DNA from: Gammaproteobacteria bacterium
Lineage (GTDB): Bacteria > Pseudomonadota > Gammaproteobacteria > UWMA-0217
NCBI GenBank assembly: GCA_026981985.1
Contig: JALSHZ010000121.1
Location: 17,168 to 81,167 of the forward strand
Reading direction: 5' to 3'
Length of the DNA stretch: 64,000 nucleotides
A model generated the notes under the pieces. The model had not been told where the DNA came from. It did no database searches and was given only the letters and a program-made list of their open reading frames with translations. Positions 19,826 through 29,796 of this stretch are shown piece after piece. Numbering within the stretch: position 1 is the first letter of the stretch; each line of letters starts with the position of its first letter. A program made the translations under genes and the position numbers.

Positions 19826-20206
19826 GTTGCAACGAGACCGCCGAGCTGAGCCATCGTGCAGCTCAATTGTTAAATCTGGCTTATCCGCCGTTATTGCACA
19901 AGTTATCCACAGGTTATGAATTGCCGTTAGCGGCAACTGTCTGTATCTTTTCTGCCACTGGTAACGGAATGCTGATCGCTCCCTGCGGTCGGCAGAATCA
20001 ATACAAGGATTCCGGACCCCTTCCAGGGAAGGCGACACCGGAACGGTATCAAGGATGCTGCTGTCTTCGTTAACACCAATACGTTTGCCCCCCGTGGACA
20101 GAATGGTTATTACGACAAACCTCTTGGCAATGAGTGGTCTGTCCGGGTATCCGTTTCCGTTTGTGGTGGAGGCGAATGAACTCAGAACCCGGGGGAGATT
20201 TAGGCT

Positions 20207-20476
20207 GTGAAACTCCAAGAGCGTCCGCAAGGGCGATCCGTTGCCGATGAAGTGCGCATCGGCGAAGCAGTACATACCGCGCTGGAACAGTATTTCGATA
20301 TGCTAAAAGGGCTCGATCCGGATGGCCTGTACGACTTGGTCATCTCCGAGGTCGAACGGCCACTGTTTCAATGTGTGATGTACCATTGTGATGGCAACCA
20401 GACTAAGGCCGCGCGTATTCTTGGCATCAATAGGGGTACGCTGCGGAAGAAACTGAAGCGCTATCAAGTCAACTGA
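20207..20476 (+). CDS. fis: DNA-binding protein Fis (GTG start)
   Basis: The C-terminus GNQTKAARILGINRGTLRKKLKRYQVN is the Fis helix-turn-helix. There is no dusB upstream. Confidence 0.88.
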   Translation: MKLQERPQGRSVADEVRIGEAVHTALEQYFDMLKGLDPDGLYDLVISEVERPLFQCVMYHCDGNQTKAARILGINRGTLRKKLKRYQVN

Positions 20477-20503
20477 TCTGCCGCAACGGCAGGCCGGCAC
20501 ACC

Positions 20504-21364
20504 TCAATCACGGTGTCCCCGAAGCGGGGGCACCTGCAGAAAGAACGCCAGAATATCCTCAGACACCTTGAACCGGCGCGTCGTCGCGCCGAACTGACGT
20601 ATCGTGTCGTCGCTGACCTTGCGGCCGTACCATTGGTGCCCACCTCCTTCCACTACCGTAGCGCGCAGCAGCTGGCCGCTATCGGCATGACAATTTTCCT
20701 CGATTATTTTCAGCCCGCTGGTATCGCTGCGGTATTGCTGACTGCAAGCGTGAAATCTCCCCATCTGCTTCCAATGCTGGACGAGGTCGTCGAAGCCGAG
20801 AATTGACGCATCGGCACTGGCCATCAGGCTGTTGGGTGTGGTGCCACCAGTAAACGGGATAATCGGGTCTGCGGTGCCGGCGATCAGATAGAGTGATGGG
20901 ACGGCATCGACGAAGGCATGCTGAAAGGTACGCAAGCCCATGGTGGCAATCAGTGTTGCCACCGCGCGGAAGCGGCCTTCGAGTTCGAAAACCAGGCGTT
21001 GCGACAGGAATCCGCCATTGGAAACGCCGACCAGAAAGATCGCATCCTCACGCAGCGAATGGCTGCCGAGCAGCTGATCGATCAGTGCCTCGATAAACCC
21101 AACATCATCGACATCGTCGTCTTCATCGCGTCCATCGCGCCAGATACCGTTAACCGCATCCGGAAACACCAGCGTCATGCCGGCCGCTTGAGGCAGGTCA
21201 GCGAAGCCGCTGGTGCGTGCCATGATCGAGCCGCGTTGTGTTGCGCCATGCAGGCCGATCAGCAGGCGACCGTCGGGACTCTCTGGCGTATGGATGATAT
21301 AGCGCCGCTGGCGGCCGTCGAAGGCGAGTTGGTGGCGTTGGTATTGGCTGGATGCAGGCTGCAT
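20504..21364 (-). CDS. Alpha/beta hydrolase (PHB-depolymerase/esterase family)
   Basis: The nucleophile elbow GVSNGG and a LpqC-like esterase fold. Confidence 0.75.
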   Translation of the reverse strand: MQPASSQYQRHQLAFDGRQRRYIIHTPESPDGRLLIGLHGATQRGSIMARTSGFADLPQAAGMTLVFPDAVNGIWRDGRDEDDDVDDVGFIEALIDQLLGSHSLREDAIFLVGVSNGGFLSQRLVFELEGRFRAVATLIATMGLRTFQHAFVDAVPSLYLIAGTADPIIPFTGGTTPNSLMASADASILGFDDLVQHWKQMGRFHACSQQYRSDTSGLKIIEENCHADSGQLLRATVVEGGGHQWYGRKVSDDTIRQFGATTRRFKVSEDILAFFLQVPPLRGHRD

Positions 21365-21490
21365 GTGATCAATGATAAAGAGAGGATATTTGACGGCTCT
21401 GTATGGTCTCGCCCGTCGCTGACGGAAAAACGGTCAGCAACGAGGTGATCGGCTATAATACGCCTCTTTTTTCGAGCAGGTGCCACAATC

Positions 21491-23068
21491 ATGTCCGAGC
21501 CTCAAGCCTATCCCGTACGCCGTGCGCTGATCAGCGTTTCCGACAAATCCGGCGTTGCCGATTTTGCCCGTTTTCTGGTTGATCAGGGCGTCGAAATTCT
21601 CTCCACCGGTGGCACTGCGGCGCTGCTGGAAAAAGAAGGCATCGCCGTGACCGAGGTGTCGGATTACACCGGTTTTCCGGAAATGATGTCAGGCAGGATC
21701 AAGACGCTGCATCCGAAGATCCATGGCGGTATTCTGGGGCGCCAAGGGGTCGATGAGTGGGTGATGCAGGAACATGATATTGGACCGATCGATCTGGTTG
21801 TTGTGAACCTCTATCCGTTCGAGGCCACGGTGGCGAACCCTGATTGCACACTGGAGGACGCGATTGAAAATATCGACATCGGCGGTCCGGCGATGCTGCG
21901 TGCGGCCGCGAAGAATCATGCTCGCGTCACTGTCGTCGTCGATCCACAGGACTACGCTGAAATCGAGCAAGTAATGCGCGACAATGGAGGCGTGGTCCCG
22001 GAGGCCACTCGCTACGAGCTGATGGTCAAGGCATTCGAACACACGGCGCGCTACGATGGCATGATTGCCAATCATTTTGGCCGCATTGCTGCTGATGGCT
22101 CGCGCAGCGAATTTTCCCGCACCATCAATTTGCAGTTCAATAAAGCGCAGGACATGCGCTACGGCGAAAATCCACATCAGAAAGCGGCGTTCTATGTCGA
22201 ACCAAACCCTGCCGAAGCTTCTGTCGCCACGGCGAAGCAGCTGCAGGGCAAAGCGCTGTCGTACAACAATATCGGTGACACCGATGCGGCGCTGGAATGC
22301 GTCAAACAATTCGAGCAGCCGGCTTGTGTCATCGTCAAACACGCCAACCCCTGTGGTGTTGCGGTGGATGACAGCATTCTGGCGGCCTATGATCGCGCCT
22401 TTGCTACCGATCCCACCTCGGCCTTCGGCGGCATCATCGCCTTCAATCGGGAACTGGACGAAGCCACTGCAAAAGCCATTGTCGAGCGCCAGTTCGTCGA
22501 AGTCATTATCGCGCCGGCGGTATCGGCGGCTGCGCGGGAAGCCGTTGCTGCAAAGAAAAACGTGCGCCTGCTCGAATGCGGCGAATTCGGCCCGAGCGTA
22601 CCATCACTCGATTACAAACGCGTCGTCGGCGGTTTGCTGGTGCAGGAGCGTGATCTTGGCATGGTCACCGCAGCCGACCTGAAGGTGGTCACCGAATTGG
22701 CGCCCACGGATCAGCAGATGCAGGACCTGTTGTTTGCCTGGAAAGTGGCGAAATACGTCAAGTCGAATGCCATTGTCTATGTGAAAAACCAGATGACGAT
22801 CGGTGTCGGTGCCGGCCAGATGAGTCGGGTCTACTCGGCGAAAATTGCGGGCATCAAGGCACAGGATGAAAATCTCGAGGTGCCTGGATCAGTCATGGCC
22901 TCTGATGCCTTTTTCCCGTTCCGCGATGGCATCGACGCCGCACATGAAGCCGGTATTACCGCAGTGATCCAGCCGGGTGGCTCAATGCGCGACGACGAGG
23001 TGATAGCCGCGGCCAATGAGCATGGCATGGCAATGGTGTTTACGGGGATGCGGCATTTTCGGCACTGA
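21491..23068 (+). CDS. purH: Bifunctional AICAR transformylase/IMP cyclohydrolase
   Basis: Full-length PurH homology. Confidence 0.97.
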   Translation: MSEPQAYPVRRALISVSDKSGVADFARFLVDQGVEILSTGGTAALLEKEGIAVTEVSDYTGFPEMMSGRIKTLHPKIHGGILGRQGVDEWVMQEHDIGPIDLVVVNLYPFEATVANPDCTLEDAIENIDIGGPAMLRAAAKNHARVTVVVDPQDYAEIEQVMRDNGGVVPEATRYELMVKAFEHTARYDGMIANHFGRIAADGSRSEFSRTINLQFNKAQDMRYGENPHQKAAFYVEPNPAEASVATAKQLQGKALSYNNIGDTDAALECVKQFEQPACVIVKHANPCGVAVDDSILAAYDRAFATDPTSAFGGIIAFNRELDEATAKAIVERQFVEVIIAPAVSAAAREAVAAKKNVRLLECGEFGPSVPSLDYKRVVGGLLVQERDLGMVTAADLKVVTELAPTDQQMQDLLFAWKVAKYVKSNAIVYVKNQMTIGVGAGQMSRVYSAKIAGIKAQDENLEVPGSVMASDAFFPFRDGIDAAHEAGITAVIQPGGSMRDDEVIAAANEHGMAMVFTGMRHFRH

Positions 23069-23111
23069 TTGATCCCTTCGGCGCAGCTCAGGAGGCGGGA
23101 TGGTTTGGAGG

Positions 23112-23492
23112 TTATGAGGTAAGCGCTGTTTTCATATCCTCTACCGATACCGGATGCACCAGCACGGCATGTACGGGGAATAGCTTTTTCAGCTTATCGA
23201 CGTATTCGCATTCTTTTTTGCTGACCATCACCACCACCTTTGCATCGGGTGCGTAGCGTTGCAGGCTGGCGAGCAGGGTGTCGAGATTGGAGACATTGAC
23301 GCCGGCATAGTTATTGCCATAACCATAAAAAAATTCCCCGACGACGATGGCGGGTGGCGTTGACTTCAGCTTGCCGATGGCTTTGCGCTGAGACATGAAT
23401 TTCAGCTCATCGAAACCCAGTTCTTCATACACGGAGGACATTTTCGGGTGGGCGGATGATTCGATGATCGAATAGAGGATCGGTTTGCTCAT
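23112..23492 (-). CDS. Hypothetical 126 aa protein, co-transcribed with the MFS transporter
   Basis: The start [11 protein letters not shown] overlaps the MFS gene stop by 4 bp (ATGA). Confidence 0.5.
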   Translation of the reverse strand: MSKPILYSIIESSAHPKMSSVYEELGFDELKFMSQRKAIGKLKSTPPAIVVGEFFYGYGNNYAGVNVSNLDTLLASLQRYAPDAKVVVMVSKKECEYVDKLKKLFPVHAVLVHPVSVEDMKTALTS

Positions 23493-24700
23493 GGGGTGGA
23501 ACTTCCAAACTGATGCGCCAGATGCCAGCACAGCCATGCTGCCAGAAAGCAGCCGAGCTGGCCAGCGACGAACCAGACCAGTTCGTCATGGAGCAGCGGT
23601 ACCAGCATTCCGGCCACGGCCGCGTTGAGCAGCATCTGAAAAAATGACTGCATGGCCGCTGCGGCGCCACGATTCTGCGGAAAGCAATCCAGTGCGGCGA
23701 TCGTTATTCCAGGCATGGCGATGGTCAGGCCGGTGGCGTAGACCACGATCGGCGCAATAACGGTAAGGACTGTTGGTGCGAGCCAGAACGCCTGGGCCAG
23801 ATTGCTCAGGCAGGCGATGGCGATGATGATAAAGCCGGTGGTGACGGTGCGGATCGGGCTCAGCTGGTGGATCAGGCGGTTGGCGAGAAGCGAGCCCGCC
23901 AGAATGCCAAAGGTCACCGGCACAAACTGCACCCAGAAATCATCGCTGCCCAGGCCAAGGAAGTCGAAGATGACGGTCGGTGCGCCGGCAATATAGAGGA
24001 ACAAACCACCGAAGCCGATCCCCAGTGACATTACCAGCAACAGGAAGCGCAGCCGGCTGAGGATGTCGCGGTAGATGCCCAGAACATACCGCGGATGGAA
24101 TGAGCGACGTGCTGTGACCGGTAGTGTTTCCGGAACGCGCAGCAGTACCAGCCACAAGGCGAGCAGGCCATAACTGGTGAGAAACCAGAAAATGCTGCGC
24201 CAGCCCGCTAGCGCATGCAGCCAGCCGCCGATAATCGGCGCGATTGCCGGGGCGAGCGAAAACAACATCATCACCCGGGCCATCGCCTTTTGCGCACCGA
24301 TGCTGTCGAAAGCATCGCGAATCGTCGCCCGGCTGGCGACAAAGCCACCGCTGGCCGCCACGCCTTGCAGGCTGCGGGCCAGCATCAGCGACTCGAAACT
24401 GGTGGCAAAGGCGCACAGCAGCGATGCCATGGCGTAGAGGAAAATGGCGCCGAGCATGATGCGGCGGCGGCCATAGCGATCCGAAAACGGTCCCCAGAAC
24501 AGCGTCATCACCGCGAACCCGACCAGATAGGCGCTCAGTGTTTGTGACAGCGCTGCCCGGCTGACAAGCAATTCCGCTTCGATGGAAGGGAAAGCCGGCA
24601 GATAGGTATCGATGCTGAACGGCCCGATCATGGCGATCAGCGCCACGGACAGGATCAGGCCACGGCTGCCGAGCTGCGATTTGGGAACGGATGAGGTCAT
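23489..24700 (-). CDS. MFS transporter, Bcr/CflA drug-resistance subfamily
   Basis: Twelve transmembrane helices and Bcr/CflA-type N-terminal motifs (GPFSIDTYLPAFPSI). Confidence 0.88.
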   Translation of the reverse strand: MTSSVPKSQLGSRGLILSVALIAMIGPFSIDTYLPAFPSIEAELLVSRAALSQTLSAYLVGFAVMTLFWGPFSDRYGRRRIMLGAIFLYAMASLLCAFATSFESLMLARSLQGVAASGGFVASRATIRDAFDSIGAQKAMARVMMLFSLAPAIAPIIGGWLHALAGWRSIFWFLTSYGLLALWLVLLRVPETLPVTARRSFHPRYVLGIYRDILSRLRFLLLVMSLGIGFGGLFLYIAGAPTVIFDFLGLGSDDFWVQFVPVTFGILAGSLLANRLIHQLSPIRTVTTGFIIIAIACLSNLAQAFWLAPTVLTVIAPIVVYATGLTIAMPGITIAALDCFPQNRGAAAAMQSFFQMLLNAAVAGMLVPLLHDELVWFVAGQLGCFLAAWLCWHLAHQFGSSTP

Positions 24701-24901
24701 GGTTGATCTGCATATTGGGCGCTGCCGGGGGAGTCTACCACCGCAGAAAATTCACCTCCCATCAGCCGAGTGCTGCGGCTGGTCGATTGCCGCTCAAGGG
24801 TCCTCCGGTGCTGCCGATGTTGCCAGTATGTTCCGAACGGCAGTATTGACACGAAACCGTCCGGATGTACTTGACTGAAGACTATTTTCCGGGGGCTAAA
24901 A

Positions 24902-26836
24902 ATGCGGCTGCAATTGTCGGTCAAACAACGAATCTTCGCTTCGATCATACTGTCACTAGGCGTGATGGCAGCGGTGTTGGCGATTGTTTTTCTCGACCGG
25001 CTGGGGAGTGTCACCAGTGGCATGCAAACCGAGATGCTTGAATCCGTGGCCGCTTCGGTCAATTCTGAAATCGACAATCGCACCCGTTTTGCCGCTGCCC
25101 TCGCCATTACGGTCGCCAGTTCGCCAGAATTGAAGCAGGCGTTTGCAGCAGGTGACCGCGCTGCCCTGCAGCGGCTGACCTCGGCGACTTTTGCTGAGCT
25201 CAAGCAGCGTTATGGCGTGCGCCAGTTTCAATTCCATACACCGGATGCACACTCTTTTTTCCGTGTCCACAAGCCGGAAAAGTTTGGCGACGATCTTTCC
25301 AGCTTTCGCCATACCGTGGTCTCGGCCAATGCGAAGCAGCAGGTGGTCGAAGGTATCGAATCCGGGGTTGCGGGGCTCGGTTTGCGTGGTGTAGCGCCAG
25401 TTCATTATGAGGGCCGCCATGCCGGTACGGTGGAGATCGGTCTGGCCCTGAATGAAGCCTTCTTCCAGCGGCTGTCGTCTCGCTACCGTGTCGATCTCGC
25501 CATTCATCTGAAGAAAGGCAGTGGCTTTGTTCCTTCATTGTCGACGATCGAGAAGCAGATTGTCGATGAGACCATATTGCAGCGCGTCATGAATGGCGAA
25601 TCCGTCATTCAGGTCAATGATCAGGAGGGTGCGCCGCTGGGTATCTACACCGCGCCGCTGCGGGACTACTCTGGCAAGGTCATCGGTGCGCTGCAGGTGA
25701 TTCGTGATTTGTCCGCGTTGGCTGCCGTCGAACGCTCGATTGCGCACGACGTGCTCATGGTCACGGTGCTGGTGATACTGATCGGTGCGGCTCTGGCATG
25801 GCTGGTCAGCCGGGGCATCAGCAAGCCGCTCGGCAGCGAGCCGCAAGCACTGGCCGAGATTGCGGCACAGGTCGCTGATGGCAATCTGGAAGTTGAAATC
25901 GAGCGGCAGCATGCAGCTGGCGTCTATGGCGCGTTGGGGGAGATGGTTACCGCGCTGCGTGAGCTGGTCAGCAGGGTCAAACAGACGGCCAACGATGTCG
26001 CTGCCGAGGCGCGGCGCCAGGGGGAGATAGGTTCGCACCTGCATGATCGCATCGAACAGCAGGAAGCGGAACTGATTGGCGTGGCGAAACGTATCAACAA
26101 GCTCGCTGAAACTGTTCAGGCCAGCGCAGCCAATGCTCGGGCGGTCCATGAGCTTGCCGACAGCGTCAACCAGAAGGCACGGCATGGTGATGCGGTTGTC
26201 GCTGAAGTCATGGAGGCGATGACCGAGATCACCGAATCGAGCGGTAAGGCGACCGAGATCATCAGCGTGATCGAGGAGATTGCCTTTCAGACCAATCTGC
26301 TTGCCCTCAATGCCTCTGTCGAGGCGGCGCGCGCAGGTGAATCGGGCAGGGGCTTTGCCGTGGTCGCCAATGAGGTGCGTAACCTTGCTCAGCGTAGCGC
26401 GGCGGCGGCTGGTGAAATCAAAAGCCTGCTCGAAGACAACAATCAGAAAGTCAATAGTGGCGCCGTGCTGATCGACAAGGCTGGCAAGGTGCTCGAGGAT
26501 ATTTTCTCATCGATGGCGGGGTTGGTCGATGTGGTTGACGAAATGGCCAAAGCGTCGCAGCAGCAGTCGGAACGGATCAGTAAGATCGACCGGGCGGTCT
26601 CAGCGTTGCAGTCGTGTACCGAGGAGAACTCCACCCTGGTCGAGCGCTCCTCTGCGTCGGCGCAGGGGCTGGGGCAGCATGCCGAGCACCTGACTGTGTT
26701 GATGGCGCAGTTCAAGGTACGCCAAGAAAACCGCGATGCTCCCGGCTATTCAAGCAATATCCTGCGGCCACCCCTGGCTTCTTCTGCTGCGATATCGGAG
26801 CCGGACCAGTCGGAGCGCTGGCATCGACAGGCTTGA
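24902..26836 (+). CDS. Methyl-accepting chemotaxis protein with a roughly 250 aa periplasmic sensor (Cache-like)
   Basis: TM1, a periplasmic domain, TM2, a HAMP domain and an MCP signalling domain ([14 protein letters not shown]). Confidence 0.9.
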   Translation: MRLQLSVKQRIFASIILSLGVMAAVLAIVFLDRLGSVTSGMQTEMLESVAASVNSEIDNRTRFAAALAITVASSPELKQAFAAGDRAALQRLTSATFAELKQRYGVRQFQFHTPDAHSFFRVHKPEKFGDDLSSFRHTVVSANAKQQVVEGIESGVAGLGLRGVAPVHYEGRHAGTVEIGLALNEAFFQRLSSRYRVDLAIHLKKGSGFVPSLSTIEKQIVDETILQRVMNGESVIQVNDQEGAPLGIYTAPLRDYSGKVIGALQVIRDLSALAAVERSIAHDVLMVTVLVILIGAALAWLVSRGISKPLGSEPQALAEIAAQVADGNLEVEIERQHAAGVYGALGEMVTALRELVSRVKQTANDVAAEARRQGEIGSHLHDRIEQQEAELIGVAKRINKLAETVQASAANARAVHELADSVNQKARHGDAVVAEVMEAMTEITESSGKATEIISVIEEIAFQTNLLALNASVEAARAGESGRGFAVVANEVRNLAQRSAAAAGEIKSLLEDNNQKVNSGAVLIDKAGKVLEDIFSSMAGLVDVVDEMAKASQQQSERISKIDRAVSALQSCTEENSTLVERSSASAQGLGQHAEHLTVLMAQFKVRQENRDAPGYSSNILRPPLASSAAISEPDQSERWHRQA

Positions 26837-26854
26837 GTCTGCCGCCCAGGTTGG

Positions 26855-27910
26855 CTATTCGGTACTGCTGTCGAGATAGGCCTTGTCGGAGATCAACGTC
26901 CAGGCGCGTGACTTTTCCATATATCGATGCTGCGAGTCGATGATCTCTTTTGCCAATGGGTCGGCGCTGGCTTTTTCCGCCAGCAAGGCATCGTTGGCTT
27001 TTTTCAGGGCTTCGATCACCTCGTGCGGGAAGCTTCTGATCTTGATAGCGGGGAATTCTTGCCGCATCTTTGCAAGGTTGGTGGCGCTTTCGTGGGTGGT
27101 TCTGATCCAGGTGTCGTAGGCTGTCATGCGCATCGCTGTTTTAAGGATTTCCCGTAGATCGTTCGGTAGTCTGTTCCAGCTGCGCCGGTTTACCAGAAAC
27201 TGCATCTCGCCGGCGGGTTCGTGCCAGCCGGTGTAGTAATACGGTGCGATCTTGTGGAAGCCCATGCGCAGGTCGAGTGACGGCCCGACCCATTCCAGTG
27301 CGTCGATGGTGTTGCGCTCCAGTGCGGTATACAGCTCGGCGGGTGCGATATTGACCGGTTTTGCGCCAAGCCGGGCGAGCACCTCTCCGGCAAAGCCGGG
27401 AATGCGCATTTTCAGTCCCTCGATATCGTCGAGTGAACGGATTTCCTTTTTGAACCAGCCACCCATCTGATTGCCGGTATTGCCGCCGGGAAACGACAGC
27501 AGGCCGTATGGCTCGTAAACCTTTGCCATCAGCTGCATGCCTCCGCCGTGGTAGAACCAGCCATACTGTTCCACAGCGATCATGCCGAATGGCATGGTGG
27601 TGAAATAGAGGGTATTGGGCACCTTGCCTTTCCAGAAATAGGACGACGAGCTGCCCATGTCATATTGACCGGAGCGCACCAGATCGAAAACGCCAAACGG
27701 CGCCTTGTGCTTGTTGGCGGAATCGATCCGTATCGTCAGCCGGCCATCGGACATTTTTGCCACCGTGTCCGCCAGTTGGCGATTGGCTTCGCCGAATATC
27801 GGGTAGTTCTTGGGCCAGGTTTCGGCCATCGTCAGTTGCCAGCTCGTTTTGGCAAAAGCTGGTGGCAGGCAGAGTGCCAGCAGGATGAAAAGTGGAATGC
27901 TTCGGAACAT
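26855..27910 (-). CDS. TRAP transporter substrate-binding protein (DctP family). No permease genes are nearby.
   Basis: A signal peptide and a DctP-like fold. No dctQM genes lie adjacent. Confidence 0.8.
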   Translation of the reverse strand: MFRSIPLFILLALCLPPAFAKTSWQLTMAETWPKNYPIFGEANRQLADTVAKMSDGRLTIRIDSANKHKAPFGVFDLVRSGQYDMGSSSSYFWKGKVPNTLYFTTMPFGMIAVEQYGWFYHGGGMQLMAKVYEPYGLLSFPGGNTGNQMGGWFKKEIRSLDDIEGLKMRIPGFAGEVLARLGAKPVNIAPAELYTALERNTIDALEWVGPSLDLRMGFHKIAPYYYTGWHEPAGEMQFLVNRRSWNRLPNDLREILKTAMRMTAYDTWIRTTHESATNLAKMRQEFPAIKIRSFPHEVIEALKKANDALLAEKASADPLAKEIIDSQHRYMEKSRAWTLISDKAYLDSSTE

Positions 27911-27993
27911 GGGGTATTGTTGCAGCTGTTCGATTTGCGCCCGAGTTTAGCCCGTGCGGGATATAATCGCTATTTCCTCGATCTTCAAGGATA

Positions 27994-29796
27994 TTGAAGT
28001 TGCTCTGTTCTACGAAAAACCCCGGTTTGGTTTGCACATCTGCCTGGCTGTTGCTCGCCCTGCTGTTGATGGGCCGCGTTGCCCTTGCTGAAGAGCTGGC
28101 CGCCGACGATACAGGGGTTCAGGTGGTGGTCAGAATCAGCGGGCTGGAGGGCCGTTTACTGGAGAATGTCCAGGGATTTCTCGATATCTGGGCTTTCAAC
28201 GGTAAGAGCATCCGTTCCATCGCGCGCTTGAAGTACCTGCATCGCAGTGCGGCAGAGCAGATCGCAACAGCATTGCGGCCATTTGGCTATTATCGCGCCA
28301 AAGTCGAATCGACGCTGGAAAAAACCGATGAGGGGTGGCTTGCCGTTTATCAGGTTGATCTGGGCGAGCCCGTCGAGGTGACGAAGCTGGATATCCGTCT
28401 CAGCGGTGACGGCCAGGAGGATGCCGTTTTTCAACAGGCGCTGAATCAATCGACGTTGCGTGAGGGTGTGGCGCTCGACCAGGAGGCTTATGAAGCACTG
28501 AAAAGCCGGTTTCAGGTGATTGCCTCGCAACGTGGATACTTCGATGCCAAGCTGGAAAAGAACGAAATCCGTATCGACCTGAAAAAATACACTGCCGAGA
28601 TTTCGCTGCATTTCAATACGGGCAAGCGTTACCGGCTGGGAGAGGTGATTTTTCATCAGGACCAACAGTGGATCGACGATGATTTGTTACGCCGCTACAG
28701 TACGATCAAGCCGGGGCAGTTCTACGATGCTGGTGACCTGCAACAGTTGCAGGGTGATCTCAGCAGTTCCGAATATTTCAAGCAGGTGGAAATCAGCGTG
28801 ACGCCGGAGTCGGCGCAGGATCACCAGCTGCCAGTCGAGGTTTTTCTCAAGCCAAAAAAGGCGCGCAAGTATATTTACGGTATTGGTTACGGCACCGATA
28901 CGGGAGTACGTGCCAAGGCGGGGATCACTGGCCGCAGGGTCAATCGTCGTGGGCATCATTACACGGCCGAGTTGTTGGTGTCGGAAATTCTCTACGGCGT
29001 TGCGGGTGAATATATCATTCCGGGCAAGGACCCACGCAGTGATGCCTGGGGCTTGCGCGCGTCCTATCTCGATGAGCATTCCGAAACGAAAAATTATCAA
29101 GCCTGGTCGATGGGTGGCTACTATAAATATCGGGATGATGTCTGGCTCAAGACCTACGCTTTGGATTATCGCGTCGAGCGCTTCGAGCTGGGGGATGAAA
29201 AGCCCATCAGCCAGTTGCTGATTCCCAGTGCAGAATGGACGCGGACACTGCCAGCCGAGCTGGAAAATAGAATTTTTGCCACCAATGGTGCGTGGTTGCG
29301 GCTGTTTGTCCGAGGTGGTGCAGAAGCGCTGCTTTCCGATACCAGTTTTCTGCAACCCATGGTATCGGCGAAATGGATTCGCAGTTTCGCCAACCGCCAT
29401 CGTCTGATCGGTCGTGCCGCGCTGGGGACGACCTGGGTCAGTGATTTTTCTGCCTTGCCGACCTCGCTGCGGTTTTTTACTGGCGGCGATCGTACCGTGC
29501 GTGGCTATAAATATTCGGTCATCGGGCCACTCGATGGGGAGGATGTCGTCGGCGGCAAGCATTTGATTGAGGCAAGTATCGAATATGAATTTCCCATTCG
29601 GGAGAAATGGAGTATCGCGTTGTTTGCCGACAGTGGCGATGCCTTCGATGATCAGCCTGATTACAAAACCGGTGTGGGCATCGGATTGCACTGGCGTTCG
29701 CCGATCGGGCCGGTGCGCCTTGATTTTGCCCGCGGCCTGGAGCAGCCGGTTGGCAATAAATTGCTATTGCATCTGACGATAGGGCCAGACCTGTGA
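27994..29796 (+). CDS. tamA: Translocation and assembly module outer-membrane protein TamA (Omp85 family)
   Basis: POTRA domains and a C-terminal beta-barrel. It lies immediately upstream of the tamB (DUF490) gene. Confidence 0.88.
   Translation: MKLLCSTKNPGLVCTSAWLLLALLLMGRVALAEELAADDTGVQVVVRISGLEGRLLENVQGFLDIWAFNGKSIRSIARLKYLHRSAAEQIATALRPFGYYRAKVESTLEKTDEGWLAVYQVDLGEPVEVTKLDIRLSGDGQEDAVFQQALNQSTLREGVALDQEAYEALKSRFQVIASQRGYFDAKLEKNEIRIDLKKYTAEISLHFNTGKRYRLGEVIFHQDQQWIDDDLLRRYSTIKPGQFYDAGDLQQLQGDLSSSEYFKQVEISVTPESAQDHQLPVEVFLKPKKARKYIYGIGYGTDTGVRAKAGITGRRVNRRGHHYTAELLVSEILYGVAGEYIIPGKDPRSDAWGLRASYLDEHSETKNYQAWSMGGYYKYRDDVWLKTYALDYRVERFELGDEKPISQLLIPSAEWTRTLPAELENRIFATNGAWLRLFVRGGAEALLSDTSFLQPMVSAKWIRSFANRHRLIGRAALGTTWVSDFSALPTSLRFFTGGDRTVRGYKYSVIGPLDGEDVVGGKHLIEASIEYEFPIREKWSIALFADSGDAFDDQPDYKTGVGIGLHWRSPIGPVRLDFARGLEQPVGNKLLLHLTIGPDL

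Noticed and set aside
20050-20062. A consensus DnaA box TTATCCACA in the fis leader
   Set aside because: A single 9-mer occurs by chance at this genome size. There is no cluster of boxes and no AT-rich DNA-unwinding element.
19867-20073. A 68 aa ORF in the zinc-ribbon gene to fis spacer (a possible dusB remnant)
   Set aside because: It has no Dus (TIM-barrel, FMN) motifs, no ribosome-binding site and odd composition. It is treated as a non-coding leader.
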